Position numbers and translations under genes: made by a program. The notes beneath the pieces are model-generated. The model made no database searches, was not told the origin of the DNA, and was given only the letters and a program-made list of their open reading frames with translations. DNA of 64,000 nt, from positions 2,030,226 to 2,094,225 of the forward strand of contig OZ251545.1 in NCBI GenBank assembly GCA_965243335.1, given 5' to 3'. Position 1 is the first letter of the stretch; each line of letters begins with the position of its first letter. This DNA is from Gammaproteobacteria bacterium (GTDB lineage Bacteria; Pseudomonadota; Gammaproteobacteria; HK1). This document shows positions 38,941 to 49,609 of the stretch, piece by piece.

Positions 38941-39289
38941 CGAGACCCTCCGGGCCAGTGGAGAGCAGCCGCTCGATGCGCGCGCCGGTGTCGGGGGATC
39001 GGTCGTGCTCGAAACGAAGCTCCGGCACGCTCCGCACGCGCAGCCGTCGGGCCAGCCGCGTGCGCAGGTACCGGGCGGCGCGGCGCAGTGCGTGGAGCGC
39101 TTCTTCCTGGTCGTCCCCCGGGGGCATCTGCACGTGGACCCGCGCGCAGGCGAGGTCCCGCGCCACCTCGACCTCCGAGACGGTGACTGAGGCGAAGCGG
39201 GGGTCGGCGGTCTCCTGCTGCAGCAGCCCGGCGAGGTCGCGGCGGATCTGTCGTCCGAGCCGGTCCGCCCGGTCGAACTCCCGCGGCAT
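38930..39289 (-). CDS. rbfA: 30S ribosome-binding factor RbfA
   Basis: Internal ATG 39289 of track ORF 38930..40390. [53 protein letters not shown]... ATGA overlap with the infB stop. Confidence 0.9.
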   Translation of the reverse strand: MPREFDRADRLGRQIRRDLAGLLQQETADPRFASVTVSEVEVARDLACARVHVQMPPGDDQEEALHALRRAARYLRTRLARRLRVRSVPELRFEHDRSPDTGARIERLLSTGPEGLDGP

Positions 39290-41982
39290 CAGACGGTGCG
39301 CTCCCTCTCGACCCGCCGGAACACCTCGATCCTGTCGCCGACCTGCACGTCGTCGTAGCTGCGCACGCCGATACCGCACTCGGTTCCGGAAGCGACCTCC
39401 GCCACGTCTTCCTTGAAGCGGCGCAACGATTCGAGCTCGCCCTCGAAGATGACGACCTCGTCGCGGAGCACGCGGATCGGAAGGCTCCGCCGCATCGCGC
39501 CCTCGACGACCAGGCAGCCCGCGATGGCGCCGAAACGCCGGACCCGGAACACCTCCCTCACCTCCGCGAGGCCCACGATCTCCTCCCGGACCTCGGGCGC
39601 GAGCATCCCGCTCAGCGCGTTCCGGGCCATGTCGATCACGTCGTAGATGACGCTGAAGTAGCGTATCCCGACCCCTTCGCGCTCGATCAGGCGCCGCGCC
39701 GCCGTATCCGCCCGGGTGTTGAACCCGATGACGACCGCCCCGGACGCGATGGCGAGGTGGACGTCGGTCTCCCGGATCCCGCCGATCCCGCTCGACACCA
39801 TGTTGACCCGGACCTCCTCCGTGGACAGCTTGAGCAAGGAGTCGGAGAGAGCCTCCGCGGACCCCTGGACGTCGGCCTTGAGCACGATGTTGAGGACCTG
39901 CGCTTCGTCCTTCCCCATCCGGCTGAAGACGTTCTCCAGCTTCGCGGCCTGCTGCCGGGCGATGCGCTGCTCCCGGATCCGGGTCTGGCGCAGGGAGGCG
40001 ATCTCGCGCGCCTTGCGTTCGCTCGGGACGACCACCGCTTCGTCGCCCGCCTCCGGCGGCGCGGAGAGCCCGAGCACCTCGACCGGCATGGCAGGCCCGG
40101 CGCTCGCGACGTCGCGGCCGCGCTCGTCCACGAGCCCCCGGACCTTTCCGAACTCGCTCCCGGCGAGCAGGATGTCGCCCCGCCGGAGCATCCCGCCCTC
40201 GACGAGCACGGTCGCGACCGGACCCCGGCCCCGGTCGAGCCTCGACTCGATGACCGTGCCGCGGGCCGGGCCTTCCACCGGCGACCGGATCTCGAGCAGC
40301 TCGGCCTGGAGGAGGACCGCGTCGAGCAGCTCGCCGACGCGTTCGCCGGTCAGGGCCGACACGTTGACGTACATGGTGTCTCCGCCCCACGCCTCGGGAA
40401 CGAGGTCCTTGCCGGCGAGCTCCTGCATCACCCGCTCGGGCTGCGCGTCCTCCCGGTCGATCTTGTTGACCGCCACCACGATCGGCACGCCCGCGGCCCT
40501 GGAGTGCTGGATCGCCTCGTCGGTCTGCGGCATCACCCCGTCGTCCGCCGCCACGACCAGGATCACGACGTCGGTCACCCGCGACCCGCGCGCCCGCATG
40601 GCGGTGAACGCCGCGTGGCCCGGGGTGTCGAGAAAGGTGATCGCTCCGCGGTCGGTCTCGACGTGGTAGGCGCCGATGTGCTGGGTGATCCCCCCCGCCT
40701 CCCCGGCCGCCACGTCGGTGCTCCGGATCCTGTCGAGCAGGGAGGTCTTGCCGTGATCGACGTGGCCCATGACGGTGACGACCGGCGCCCGCGGGACGTG
40801 CTCCCCGTCTTCGGTCTGGGCGGCCGCGATGACCTCCTCTTCGAGCGCGTTCTTGTTGATCGGGCGGGCGACATGGCCCATCTCCTCCACCACGAGGGTC
40901 GCGGTGTCCTGGTCGAGGGTCTGGTTGATGGTCATCATCGAGCCGAGGTTCATGAGGGTCTTCAGAACCTCGGCGGCCTTGATCGACATCGCGTGCGCGA
41001 GGTCGCCCACGGTGACGGTCTCGGGCACGCTGACCTCCCGCACGACCGGCCCGGTCGGGCGCTCGAAGGTGTGCTGGGTCTGGGTGGTGACGGCCCTGCG
41101 GAGCTGGCGGCGGGGGCGGGACCGGCGCCGTCCGCTCCGGTCCGAGCGCACGTGCAGCTCTCCGCGGTCCTTGCGCCGGTCGCGCTCCTCCCGCCCCTTG
41201 CGGTCGGTCTTCCGGGGCTCGCCCCGGCCCGGTTCGCGAGCCGGAGGGGGGGCGTCTTCCTTGCGGGCCGGCCTGGAGCCCGGCTCGGCGGCGGACGAGG
41301 CCGGCTCGGCGGGGGAGGTCTCGGGGGCCGCGGGCGCCGGCGCCGGTTCGGTCTCGGGGACCGGCTCGGCGACCGCCTCGGGAGGCGCGGCAAGGTCCGC
41401 CTCGGGAGGCGCTTCCGCGCGGGCCTTCGCCTCGGCCAGCTCCCGTTCCTGCGCGCGCGCCTCCTCCTGCTCCTGCTCGCGCCGGCGGCGCACCTCCTCC
41501 GCGGCGCGGGCTTCGTTACCGGCGCGCAGCCGCTCGTCGAGCGTCCGCCGATGGGCGCGCGCCTCCTCCACCAGGTGGCTCTTGGCCGCCTCCTGCTCGC
41601 GGAGCGCTTCGCGGGTGGGGGTCGCCGCCTCGTCCCCCGGCCGGACGTAGGTGCGTGAGCGGAGCACGTCGACCTTGACCGTCCTCTTCCGGCCCGCAAC
41701 CCGCCCCCCCGGCCCCCTCGTCTCGCGGGGCGAGGGCGCGATGGATATCTCGCTGACCTGACGGCGCTTGAGCGTGATCTTCTTTCGCGGAGACCGGCCG
41801 GCGGCGCCGTCGTCCTTGCCGTGGACGCGGCGAAGGTAGGAGAGAAGCCTCTCCTTGTCCTGATCGCTCAGCAGGTCGGCTTCGGCTTCATGCGGCAGCC
41901 CGGCCTCGTTGAGCTGCACCAGCAGCCGGTCGATGGGGGTGCCTACCGTCTCGGAAAACTCCTTGACGCTCACTTCGGCCAT
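39289..41982 (-). CDS. infB: translation initiation factor IF-2
   Basis: Track ORF of 897 aa. Charged low-complexity N-terminus and a GTPase domain ([25 protein letters not shown]). Confidence 0.97.
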   Translation of the reverse strand: MAEVSVKEFSETVGTPIDRLLVQLNEAGLPHEAEADLLSDQDKERLLSYLRRVHGKDDGAAGRSPRKKITLKRRQVSEISIAPSPRETRGPGGRVAGRKRTVKVDVLRSRTYVRPGDEAATPTREALREQEAAKSHLVEEARAHRRTLDERLRAGNEARAAEEVRRRREQEQEEARAQERELAEAKARAEAPPEADLAAPPEAVAEPVPETEPAPAPAAPETSPAEPASSAAEPGSRPARKEDAPPPAREPGRGEPRKTDRKGREERDRRKDRGELHVRSDRSGRRRSRPRRQLRRAVTTQTQHTFERPTGPVVREVSVPETVTVGDLAHAMSIKAAEVLKTLMNLGSMMTINQTLDQDTATLVVEEMGHVARPINKNALEEEVIAAAQTEDGEHVPRAPVVTVMGHVDHGKTSLLDRIRSTDVAAGEAGGITQHIGAYHVETDRGAITFLDTPGHAAFTAMRARGSRVTDVVILVVAADDGVMPQTDEAIQHSRAAGVPIVVAVNKIDREDAQPERVMQELAGKDLVPEAWGGDTMYVNVSALTGERVGELLDAVLLQAELLEIRSPVEGPARGTVIESRLDRGRGPVATVLVEGGMLRRGDILLAGSEFGKVRGLVDERGRDVASAGPAMPVEVLGLSAPPEAGDEAVVVPSERKAREIASLRQTRIREQRIARQQAAKLENVFSRMGKDEAQVLNIVLKADVQGSAEALSDSLLKLSTEEVRVNMVSSGIGGIRETDVHLAIASGAVVIGFNTRADTAARRLIEREGVGIRYFSVIYDVIDMARNALSGMLAPEVREEIVGLAEVREVFRVRRFGAIAGCLVVEGAMRRSLPIRVLRDEVVIFEGELESLRRFKEDVAEVASGTECGIGVRSYDDVQVGDRIEVFRRVERERTV

Positions 41983-41994
41983 GCGGAACTCCCC

Positions 41995-43521
41995 CTACGC
42001 GGCATCGTCTTCGAACCAGGCGGCCCGGGCGGCCATGATGAGCCCGCCCGCACGTTCGGCCCCGATCCCGGTCATCTCCACCAGCTCGTCCGTGGCAAGG
42101 TCGGCGAGATCGTCCCGGGAAACCACCCCCTGGGTGGCGAGGAGGCGCGCCAGATCGCCGTCCATCCCGTCGAGCTCGACGAGGTCCTGGTCGGGGATCC
42201 CGCCCCCGAGTTCCTCCTCGCGCGCGATCTCCTGGGTGACCAGCACGTCCCGCGCGCGGTCGCGCAGGGCGTCGACGAGCTCCTCGTCGAACTCATCGAC
42301 CTGCCGGAGCTCTTCGACCGGCACGTAGGCCACCTCGTCCACCCCGGTGAACCCCTCCTGGACGAGGATGCTGGCGACCTCCTCGTCCACCTCGAGGGCT
42401 TCCATGAACCCCTGGATCAGCCGGTCGGCGTTCGCCTCGTTCTTCTCCTCGGCCTCCGCCTCGGTCATGACGTTGAGGCTCCAGCCGGTGAGCTGCATGG
42501 CCAGACGCACGTTCTGGCCCCCGCGGCCGATGGCCTGGGCGAGCTGATCCTCGTCCACCGCGATGTCCATCGACCGGGCCTCTTCGTCCATCACGATGGA
42601 CACCACTTCGGCCGGCGACATCGCCTTGATCACGTACTGGGCGGGGTTCTCGTCCCAGGGGATGATGTCCACCCGCTCTCCGGCGAGCTCGTTCGACACC
42701 GCCTGGACGCGCGAGCCCCGCATTCCCACGCACGCCCCGACGGGGTCGATGCGAGGGTCGAGGGATCGGACTCCGATCTTCGCGCGGAGCCCCGGGTCGC
42801 GGGCCGCACCCATGATCTCGATGAGCCCCTCCCCGATCTCCGGCACTTCGATGCGGAACAGCTCCTTCAGCAGGTCCGGGGAGGTGCGGCTCACCTGGAG
42901 CTGGGGGCCGCGCGACTCGGGGGCCACCGCCTGGAGATATCCGCGAACCCGATCCCCCGCGCGCAGGGCCTCTTTCGGGATCAGCTCGTCGCGGGTGACG
43001 ACCGCGTCCGCGTTCCCCCCGAGGTCGAGGATGACGTTCCCCCGGTCGAGGCGTTTCACGAACCCGGTGACCAGCTCTCCGACCCGGCCCTGGTAAGCCT
43101 CGACGATCTGCGCGCGTTCCGCCTCGCGCACCTTCTGCACGATGACCTGCTTGGCGGTCTGGGCGGCGATCCGGCCGAAGGACACCGACATCGGCTTCCG
43201 GACGTAGTCGCCGAGACCGATGCCGGGGTGATCGCCCGCCGCCTGGCTCAACCGCGCGTGCCGTTCCGGGTCGAACTCGAACGGCTCCTCGTCGTCCTCG
43301 ACCGGGACTTCCGCGTCATCGTCCGGGACCACCTGCCAGCGGCGATGGGTGGAGTACTCCCCGGTCCGGCGGTCGATCGACACCTCCACGTCGATGTCCG
43401 CCGCGTGGCGGCGTTTCGTCGCGCTCGCGAGGGCCGCCTCGATCGCCTCGATCACGATCTCCGCATCGACCCCCTTCTCGTTCGACACCGATTCGACGAC
43501 GGCCAGGATCTCCTTCGACAT
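41995..43521 (-). CDS. nusA: transcription termination/antitermination factor NusA
   Basis: Track ORF of 508 aa. MSKEILAVVESVSNEKGVDAEIV..., S1 and KH domains, and a C-terminal acidic repeat region. Confidence 0.97.
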   Translation of the reverse strand: MSKEILAVVESVSNEKGVDAEIVIEAIEAALASATKRRHAADIDVEVSIDRRTGEYSTHRRWQVVPDDDAEVPVEDDEEPFEFDPERHARLSQAAGDHPGIGLGDYVRKPMSVSFGRIAAQTAKQVIVQKVREAERAQIVEAYQGRVGELVTGFVKRLDRGNVILDLGGNADAVVTRDELIPKEALRAGDRVRGYLQAVAPESRGPQLQVSRTSPDLLKELFRIEVPEIGEGLIEIMGAARDPGLRAKIGVRSLDPRIDPVGACVGMRGSRVQAVSNELAGERVDIIPWDENPAQYVIKAMSPAEVVSIVMDEEARSMDIAVDEDQLAQAIGRGGQNVRLAMQLTGWSLNVMTEAEAEEKNEANADRLIQGFMEALEVDEEVASILVQEGFTGVDEVAYVPVEELRQVDEFDEELVDALRDRARDVLVTQEIAREEELGGGIPDQDLVELDGMDGDLARLLATQGVVSRDDLADLATDELVEMTGIGAERAGGLIMAARAAWFEDDAA

Positions 43522-43525
43522 CGAC

Positions 43526-43984
43526 TCATACCTCCGGGACGAGATTGGCGCTTCCGATCAGGTCGAGCGGAATGAGCCGTTCCTCGCCGCCCTCCCGGAT
43601 CACGACGTTTCCCTCGCGCCGCCCGACGAGCCGGCCCTTCCATCCGCGGCGCCCGTCCAGGGGCTCGGTCGTGCGGAGACGCACCGGGCGGCCGGCGAAC
43701 CGGGCGAAGTGATCCGCGCGGAGAAGGGGCCGGTCGAGCCCCGGCGACGAGACCTCGAGCGTCCAGGAATCCGGAACGGGGTCCTCGACGTCGAGCACCG
43801 CGCCTATCTGGCGGCTCGCCGTCTCGCAGTCCCCGATGGTGATCCCGGCGGCGCGGTCGATGAACACGCGCAGCACCGGGCAGGCTCCCGACTGCCCGAA
43901 TTCGACCCCCACCAGCTCGTAGCCGAGCCCGGTGACCGAGGGCTCCAGGAGATCGCAGATCCGCCGTTCCCGGGATGACATCAT
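43526..43984 (-). CDS. rimP: ribosome maturation factor RimP
   Basis: Internal ATG 43984 of track ORF 43526..44089. MMSSRERRICDLLEPSVTGLGYELVGVEF...LEVSSPGLDRPL. 152 aa. Confidence 0.9.
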   Translation of the reverse strand: MMSSRERRICDLLEPSVTGLGYELVGVEFGQSGACPVLRVFIDRAAGITIGDCETASRQIGAVLDVEDPVPDSWTLEVSSPGLDRPLLRADHFARFAGRPVRLRTTEPLDGRRGWKGRLVGRREGNVVIREGGEERLIPLDLIGSANLVPEV

Positions 43985-44013
43985 TGCCGCCGCCGCGCTC
44001 CTCCACGCGCCCC

Positions 44014-44047
44014 GCCCACAAACAAAAAGTGGGCGAACCGCCCACTT
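44014..44047 (-). terminator. rho-independent terminator (minus strand)
   Basis: The minus strand reads AAGTGGGCG-GTT-CGCCCACTT (perfect 9-bp stem, 44047-44027), followed directly by TTTGTTTG. It lies 30 nt upstream of rimP and 230 nt downstream of the FAD-protein gene. Confidence 0.55.
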
Positions 44048-44277
44048 CCCTCGTGCGCCGCCGCGCCGGCGGCGCCAATTTTCGCTCACCGCGAGCCGCC
44101 GCCCAGCCTTGCCGGGCGCACGGCGCGCCGGACGCGGGGCACGTCCGTCTGGGCGCGAAGTCTAGACGCGGCGGCGGGTCATATCAACCGCTTGTATTCC
44201 CGAGGGGTGTGCGCGGCGGGGATCTTCGCGGTCGGCACAGCCCCTTCTCCGCCCCGCTCGGCGCGGGGTCCCGGCGA

Positions 44278-45768
44278 TCACCCGGCCCTCGCGTACCGTG
44301 CGGCGGAACGTCCCGCGATGCGGCCGAAGACCGCCCCGGACACGAGGCCGGTCCCTCCGGGGTAGTTGAAGTGGAAGAGCCCCCCCACCATCTCGCCGCA
44401 CGTGTAGAGCCCGGCCATCGGGCGCCAATCGGTCCCGAGCACCCGGGCGTGCTCGTCGATCGCGAGCCCCCCGAAGGTGAAGGTGATCCCGCCGGTGGCC
44501 GAGTAGGCGGTGAACGGCGGGTCGTCGAGCCGCAGCGCCCAATTCGACTTGGGGGGATCGATCCCGGAGGTCCCGAGCCCGTCGAGGGAGGTCGGATCGA
44601 AGCCGGCGGGGTCGCACGCGGCTTCGTTGTAGGCTTCGAGGGTGCGGATCGCCTGGCGCCGGTCGTCGACGTCGAGCTGCGCGACCAGCCCCTCGAGGGT
44701 GTCCGCGGTGATCGGGTCGCTCGTACGGTAGCGGGGCTCCAGCAGGTGGACCGTCTTCCGGTCGAATATCTGCCAGGCGAGCGACCCCGGCTGGCGCAGG
44801 ATCTCGCCGCCGTACTTCGCGTAGGTGTAGAGCCCGAGGTCTTCCCCCTCGTCCACGAACCGGCGCCCCGCCCGATTCAGCATCACCCCGAACGGGTAGG
44901 ACAGGCGGTTGCTCTTGTCGGTCCGCTTGCGGTCGGCGAAGTCCGGCCACTCGTTGCTGATCGGGGTGGAGTGCCGCCCGCTCCACTGTCCGCGGGGAAG
45001 GGCTCCCGCGTCGATCGCCATGCGAAGCCCGTCGCCCTGGTTGTGGGCCGTGCCCCGGACCTTGGCATGGTCCCAGGGGGCGCCGAGGTACTGGGCGCGC
45101 CACTGCGCGTTCGCCTCGAAGCCGCCGCAGGCGAGGATCACCGCGCCCGCGCTCAGCTCCTCGAGGCCCGCCGGGGTCTGCGCCCGCACCCCGGCAATGC
45201 GGCCGCGTCGGTCCCGGACGAGGCCGACCGCTCCGGTCTCGTAGCGGACCGCGACCCCGTTCGCCTGCGTCCGTGCGAACCAACTCCGGGAGAGCCCCAC
45301 CCCCTCCTGGCGGGCGCGGACGATGGCTCCCTTCTGGAACTTCACCCGGTTGCCCACCCGGATGCCGGCGAGGGTCACCGCCGCCTCCATCGGGATCCCG
45401 CCCGTCTCGTACATCCACCGGATGGTCTCGTAGGAATTCCCGATGAGGATCCGCGCGAGGGTCGGGTCGGCGCGGCCCGCGGTCACCCTCCGCAGGTCGG
45501 ACTGGAAATCTTCCTCGGTGTAGGGCTCGACGTTGTCGAAGAAGCCGGGAAGCCGGGCTTCCACGTCCGGCAGCAGCGGCTCGAGGGCGCGCGGCGCCCC
45601 GAACGCGATCCGCAGCAGCCCGCCGCTGAAGTAGGTGTTGCCGCCCCGCTCCGGCTCGGACGCCTTCTCGAGCACGACGACCCGATCCGCGCCTTCCTCG
45701 CGGGCGGAGTTGGCGGCGGCGAGCGCGGCGTTGCCCGCTCCCACGACGATGACGTCAAAGTCCGGCAT
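44278..45768 (-). CDS. FAD-binding dehydrogenase (TcuA / fumarate-reductase flavoprotein-like)
   Basis: Track ORF of 496 aa. MPDFDVIVVGAGNAALAAANSAREEGA...GGNTYFSGG...ILACGGFEAN...LYTCGEMVGG. Confidence 0.8.
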   Translation of the reverse strand: MPDFDVIVVGAGNAALAAANSAREEGADRVVVLEKASEPERGGNTYFSGGLLRIAFGAPRALEPLLPDVEARLPGFFDNVEPYTEEDFQSDLRRVTAGRADPTLARILIGNSYETIRWMYETGGIPMEAAVTLAGIRVGNRVKFQKGAIVRARQEGVGLSRSWFARTQANGVAVRYETGAVGLVRDRRGRIAGVRAQTPAGLEELSAGAVILACGGFEANAQWRAQYLGAPWDHAKVRGTAHNQGDGLRMAIDAGALPRGQWSGRHSTPISNEWPDFADRKRTDKSNRLSYPFGVMLNRAGRRFVDEGEDLGLYTYAKYGGEILRQPGSLAWQIFDRKTVHLLEPRYRTSDPITADTLEGLVAQLDVDDRRQAIRTLEAYNEAACDPAGFDPTSLDGLGTSGIDPPKSNWALRLDDPPFTAYSATGGITFTFGGLAIDEHARVLGTDWRPMAGLYTCGEMVGGLFHFNYPGGTGLVSGAVFGRIAGRSAARYARAG

Positions 45769-45842
45769 TCTGGATCACTTCCGGGGTGGTGGCGCGCCGT
45801 TTCCAGCTCTCGGCTGAAGCGCCCGTAACTTGCTGAAACTTC

Positions 45843-45918
45843 TGGTGCCGGTGCGCGGATTCGAACCGCGGACCTACTGATTACGAATCAGTTGCTCTGC
45901 CGACTGAGCTACACCGGC
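45843..45918 (-). tRNA. tRNA-Thr (anticodon CGT)
   Basis: Reverse complement GCCGGTGTAGCTCAGTCGGCAGAGCAACTGATTCGTAATCAGTAGGTCCGCGGTTCGAATCCGCGCACCGGCACCA. Anticodon stem ACTGA/TCAGT, loop TTCGTAA. Confidence 0.93.
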
Positions 45919-45929
45919 CGCCGCTCGCC

Positions 45930-45935
45930 ATTATA
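45930..45935 (-). promoter_or_regulatory. candidate -10 box (perfect TATAAT) for tRNA-Thr
   Basis: Minus-strand TATAAT ends 11 nt upstream of the mature tRNA 5-prime end. No good -35 was seen. Confidence 0.4.
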
Positions 45936-46004
45936 CGGAACGGACGCCCTCCCCTGCCGCGCCTTCGCCGCTGGCGGGGGCCGCGCCCCATCCCCCCCGG
46001 AACG

Positions 46005-46514
46005 TCAACGCGGGCGGCGCGGCGCGCCCTCCCTCGCATCGCCGAAGAAGGAGACGAGGATCAGGATCGCGGCGCCGACCGAGATCGCCGCGTCGGCGAC
46101 GTTGAACGCCGGCCAGTGGAACCGGCCGTAGTACACGTCGACGAAGTCCACCACCGCCCCGCGCGCGATCCGGTCCCAGAGGTTTCCGAGCGCGCCGCCG
46201 AGCACGAGGGAGAGCCCGGCCGGAAGCCAGCCGCCCGAGCGCGCGGCCCGCCGCAGCCACACCGCGACCCCCCCCGAGATCACGACCCCGGCGGCGATGA
46301 AGAACCATCGCTGCCAGCCGCCGGCCTGGGAGAGGAGTCCGAACGCCGCGCCGGGATTGTGCACCAGAACCAGGTTCAGCCAGGGCAGGAGCGCGACCTC
46401 GTCCTTCAGGGCCGCGAGCGCCCACTCCTTCGTGAGCTGGTCGACGGCCGCCAGCCCCGCCGCCCCGGCCAGCCATGCCGCGAACGCGCGCCGCCCCGTC
46501 CCCCCGGCGGCCAC
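46005..46514 (-). CDS. lspA: lipoprotein signal peptidase II
   Basis: Tail of track ORF 46005..46946. Start set at GTG 46514 (169 aa). ...VDQLTKEWA...LVHNPGAAFG...LGNLWDRIARGAVVDFVDV...WPAFNVADAAISVG. Confidence 0.85.
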   Translation of the reverse strand: MAAGGTGRRAFAAWLAGAAGLAAVDQLTKEWALAALKDEVALLPWLNLVLVHNPGAAFGLLSQAGGWQRWFFIAAGVVISGGVAVWLRRAARSGGWLPAGLSLVLGGALGNLWDRIARGAVVDFVDVYYGRFHWPAFNVADAAISVGAAILILVSFFGDAREGAPRRPR

Positions 46515-46518
46515 CGTC

Positions 46519-47460
46519 TCAACCGAGCATCTGGGCGGCGAAGAACTCGCGCGCGGACTTCGCGTCGAGGGCGATCTGCCGACGGAGCGCGTCGAGGGAC
46601 TCGAAGCGCCGCTCCTCGCGCAGCCGGGAGAAGAACTCGACCTCCGCGTAGCGGCCGTAGATATCCCCCGAGAACCCGAGCAGGTGCGCTTCGAGCCGGC
46701 GTTCGGCGCCGCCCACCGTCGGTCGGACCCCGACGTTGGCGACGCCGGGAAGCGAGGGGTCCCGGCCGTCGAGCCGCACCCCGACGGTGAAGACCCCGGA
46801 GATGGGGCAGACGGGGCGGCGAAGGGCAAAGTTGGCGGTCGGGAACCCGAGGCCGGCCCCGAGATGGCGACCGTGGCGGACCCGCCCGGACACGCTGAAG
46901 CGCCGGCCGAGGAGCGGGACCACCGCGTCGAGCCAGCCGACCGCAAGCATGTTGCGGATCCGGGTGCTGCTGACCCGGTCCCCCTCGATCCGGTAGGTGT
47001 CGCGACGATGGACGTTGAACCCGTGGGCCGACCCGGCCGCGCGCAGCAGCTCGACGTCCCCCTCCGCGTGGTGGCCGAAGCGGAAGTCGTCGCCGACGAC
47101 GAGATGCCGGACCCCCAGCCTGGCGGCCAGCAGGTCCTCGATGAACGCCCGCGCCGGTATCGCAGCGAACCGCTCGTCGAAGCGCACGCAGAGCACCCGG
47201 TCGACCGGGGTCGTCCGCAGGGCCTGCATCTTCTCCCGAAACCCGGTGATCCGGGCCGGGGTCACCAGGTAGTCGAGCACCTCCTGCGGGTGCGGCTCGA
47301 AGACCATCAGCATCGAAGGTAGGTTGAAGTCCTCCCCGAGCAGCGCCAAGCGCTCCAGAAGCGCCCGGTGCCCGACGTGGACCCCGTCGAACACGCCGAT
47401 GGTGAGCACGCAGCCGCGGTGGCGGGGGCGAAGGTTGTGCAGGCCGCGGATGAGCTCCAA
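46519..47460 (-). CDS. ribF: bifunctional riboflavin kinase / FMN adenylyltransferase
   Basis: Tail of track ORF 46519..48579. TTG start at 47460 gives (M)ELIRGLHNLRPRHRGCVLTIGVFDGVHVGHRALL..., 313 aa, collinear with E. coli RibF (MKLIRGIHNL...). Confidence 0.9.
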   Translation of the reverse strand: MELIRGLHNLRPRHRGCVLTIGVFDGVHVGHRALLERLALLGEDFNLPSMLMVFEPHPQEVLDYLVTPARITGFREKMQALRTTPVDRVLCVRFDERFAAIPARAFIEDLLAARLGVRHLVVGDDFRFGHHAEGDVELLRAAGSAHGFNVHRRDTYRIEGDRVSSTRIRNMLAVGWLDAVVPLLGRRFSVSGRVRHGRHLGAGLGFPTANFALRRPVCPISGVFTVGVRLDGRDPSLPGVANVGVRPTVGGAERRLEAHLLGFSGDIYGRYAEVEFFSRLREERRFESLDALRRQIALDAKSAREFFAAQMLG

Positions 47461-47591
47461 GACGTGTTCGCTCCGTTGCCGTCGCGGCCGATCCGCGGGC
47501 CGCCGCCGCCCTTCCCTCCCCCGGTGCGCGGGCGCCGCCCCCGGAAGCGTCCTTCGGAAGGGCCGGAGGCCGTGCGGGCGGCGCCGGGAGA

Positions 47592-49142
47592 TTATACGGT
47601 CGGCGGCGCGGGGCCGGCCGTCGGCCGCAGGAAGTGCCGGGGCCGCAGGCCGCTCGCCGCGAGCGCTCCGAACCAGGCGCCGGCCCCCGCCGCCACGAGG
47701 CCGCCGAGCAGCGCCGCCCGTCCGAGTCCGGTGCGGGTCATCCAGTCTTCCGGCGGTCCGGCGAGCCAGACGAGGACCAGGGCCATCACGGCCGCGGCGA
47801 AGCCGGCCTGGGCGAGCAGCCGCCGCCAGCCGGGCCGCGGGCGGTAGACCCCGCCGCCCCGGAGGCTCTTCAGGAGGAGCGCGGCGTTCAGCCAGGCCGC
47901 GAGGGAGCTCGCGAGGGCGAGCCCCGCGTGGGCCAAGGGGCCGACGAGCAGCAGGTTGAACACGACGTTCGCGACCATCGCGATCACCGCGACCCGCACC
48001 GGGATGCGCATCTCCTGGCGGGAGTGGAACCCGGCCGCCAGCACCTTGACGGCCACGAAGGCCACGAGTCCTGAAGCGTAGGCGGAAAGGCTGAGCGCCG
48101 ACATGCGGACCGCATGCGGCCCGAACTCGCCGTACTGGAACACGGTGGCGATCATCGGCACGGCGAGGAGCGAGAGGCCGAGGGCGGCGGGTACGGCGAT
48201 CACCAGGACGAGCCGCAGGGCCCAGTCCAGGGTCGCCTGGAAGCCGCCCTCGTCGTTCTCCGCATGGCGGGCCGCGAGGCTCGGGAGCGCCACGGTGGCG
48301 AGGGCGACCCCGAACACCCCGAGCGGGAACTCCATGAGCCGGTCGGAGTAGTACAGCCACGAGATGCTGCCGGTGGCGAGATACGACGCGAACTGGGTGT
48401 CGACGAGCAGGTTCACCTGGGCGACGGACACCCCGAGCACCGCGGGAACGATGAGTCGGACGATGCGGCGCACGCCCTCGTGGGCGCGCCGGAGCCGCGG
48501 CCGGACGAGCATCCGGATGCGCCACAGGAACGGGAGCTGGAACGCGAGCTGCGCCGCCCCGCCGGCGAGCACCCCCCACGCGAGGGCGGTGACCGGCTCG
48601 TCGAGCCGCGGCGCGAGGAAGACGGCGGCGGCGATGAGCGCCAGGTTGAGCAGGCTCGGGGTGATCGCGGGAACCCCGAAACGGCCCCAGGTGTTGAGGA
48701 TCCCGCCGGCGAACGCGGTCAGCGAGATGAACAGGAGATAGGGAAAGGTCAGGCGCAGCAGCGAGCCCGCGAGCGCGGCCTGGTCCGGCTCCCCGGCGAA
48801 GCCGGAGGCGAATACGTAGACCAGGACGGGCGCGGCGATGATCCCCGCCGCGGTGACCGCGAGCAGCACGGCGGCGAGGGTCCCCGCCACGTGCCCCACG
48901 AGGTCCCGTACCTCCTCCTCGCTCCGCGCCGCCCGGTACTCGCCGAGCACCGGGACGAAGGCATGGGAGAAGGCCCCTTCCCCGAACAGGCGGCGAAAGA
49001 AGTTCGGGATCCGGAAGGCGACGAAGAACGTGTCCGCGCTCGCGCCGGCCCCGAACGCGGACGCGATGACCACGTCCCGCACCAGCCCGAGCACCCGGGA
49101 CACCAGGGTCCCTGCCCCGGTCGAGAAGACCGCCCGGAGCAT
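47592..49142 (-). CDS. murJ: lipid II flippase MurJ (MviN)
   Basis: Track ORF 47592..49178 begins at a TTG. I prefer ATG 49142 (MLRAVFSTGAGTLVSRVLGLVRDVVIASAFGAG...), 516 aa, polytopic. Confidence 0.9.
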   Translation of the reverse strand: MLRAVFSTGAGTLVSRVLGLVRDVVIASAFGAGASADTFFVAFRIPNFFRRLFGEGAFSHAFVPVLGEYRAARSEEEVRDLVGHVAGTLAAVLLAVTAAGIIAAPVLVYVFASGFAGEPDQAALAGSLLRLTFPYLLFISLTAFAGGILNTWGRFGVPAITPSLLNLALIAAAVFLAPRLDEPVTALAWGVLAGGAAQLAFQLPFLWRIRMLVRPRLRRAHEGVRRIVRLIVPAVLGVSVAQVNLLVDTQFASYLATGSISWLYYSDRLMEFPLGVFGVALATVALPSLAARHAENDEGGFQATLDWALRLVLVIAVPAALGLSLLAVPMIATVFQYGEFGPHAVRMSALSLSAYASGLVAFVAVKVLAAGFHSRQEMRIPVRVAVIAMVANVVFNLLLVGPLAHAGLALASSLAAWLNAALLLKSLRGGGVYRPRPGWRRLLAQAGFAAAVMALVLVWLAGPPEDWMTRTGLGRAALLGGLVAAGAGAWFGALAASGLRPRHFLRPTAGPAPPTV

Positions 49143-49350
49143 CTTCGAGGGGTTCACCGGCCGCCGCCCGCCCGCCAAGGCCGACCGGTTCTCTCGAAGC
49201 TCAACAACGAATTCAGGAAATTACGCTCACATGGAGACCTGTAGCCAAATCTGGACGTTTGCCGGGAGGCGTCGCTCGGAACGACGGGCCGCGCCGAGCG
49301 GAGGCGGTTCCGAAGGACGGGGGGCGGTCGATCCCGGCTCGCTCCGAAGC

Positions 49351-49430
49351 CCGGGTGCTGTTCATAAGCTATTGATACAGGGAGAGTAGAGAGGGAGGCG
49401 AGATATTTTTTACCCCACCGGGACGGCGTT
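49351..49430 (-). repeat. conserved low-GC non-coding block XM, copy 2 (inverted relative to copy 1)
   Basis: The reverse complement AACGCCGTCCCGGTGGGGTAA...CTCTCCCTGTATCAATAGCTTATGAACAGCACCCGG aligns with 22012..22090. Confidence 0.6.
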
Positions 49431-49442
49431 TGCGCGGGCGCT

Positions 49443-49525
49443 CCTGGGAACGCTTGTGTCCCGCCCGCATTTTTGTTCACGGGCGCTTCACACCCCCGTG
49501 CGGGCGAGACACAAGCGTTCCCAGG
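49443..49525. repeat. long imperfect palindrome H, copy 2 (27-nt arms, 29-nt loop)
   Basis: CCTGGGAACGCTTGTGTCCCGCCCGCA / loop tttttgttCACGGGCGCTTCacacccccg / TGCGGGCGAGACACAAGCGTTCCCAGG. One mismatch in 27 bp. Confidence 0.7.
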
Positions 49526-49609
49526 ACACCCACGTTCCCGCGGACGCGCCCGCGAGAGGTATGCTTGGCTAAGATCCCCACCGTGCACACGCCTCGCTCC
49601 CCTGGAGCG

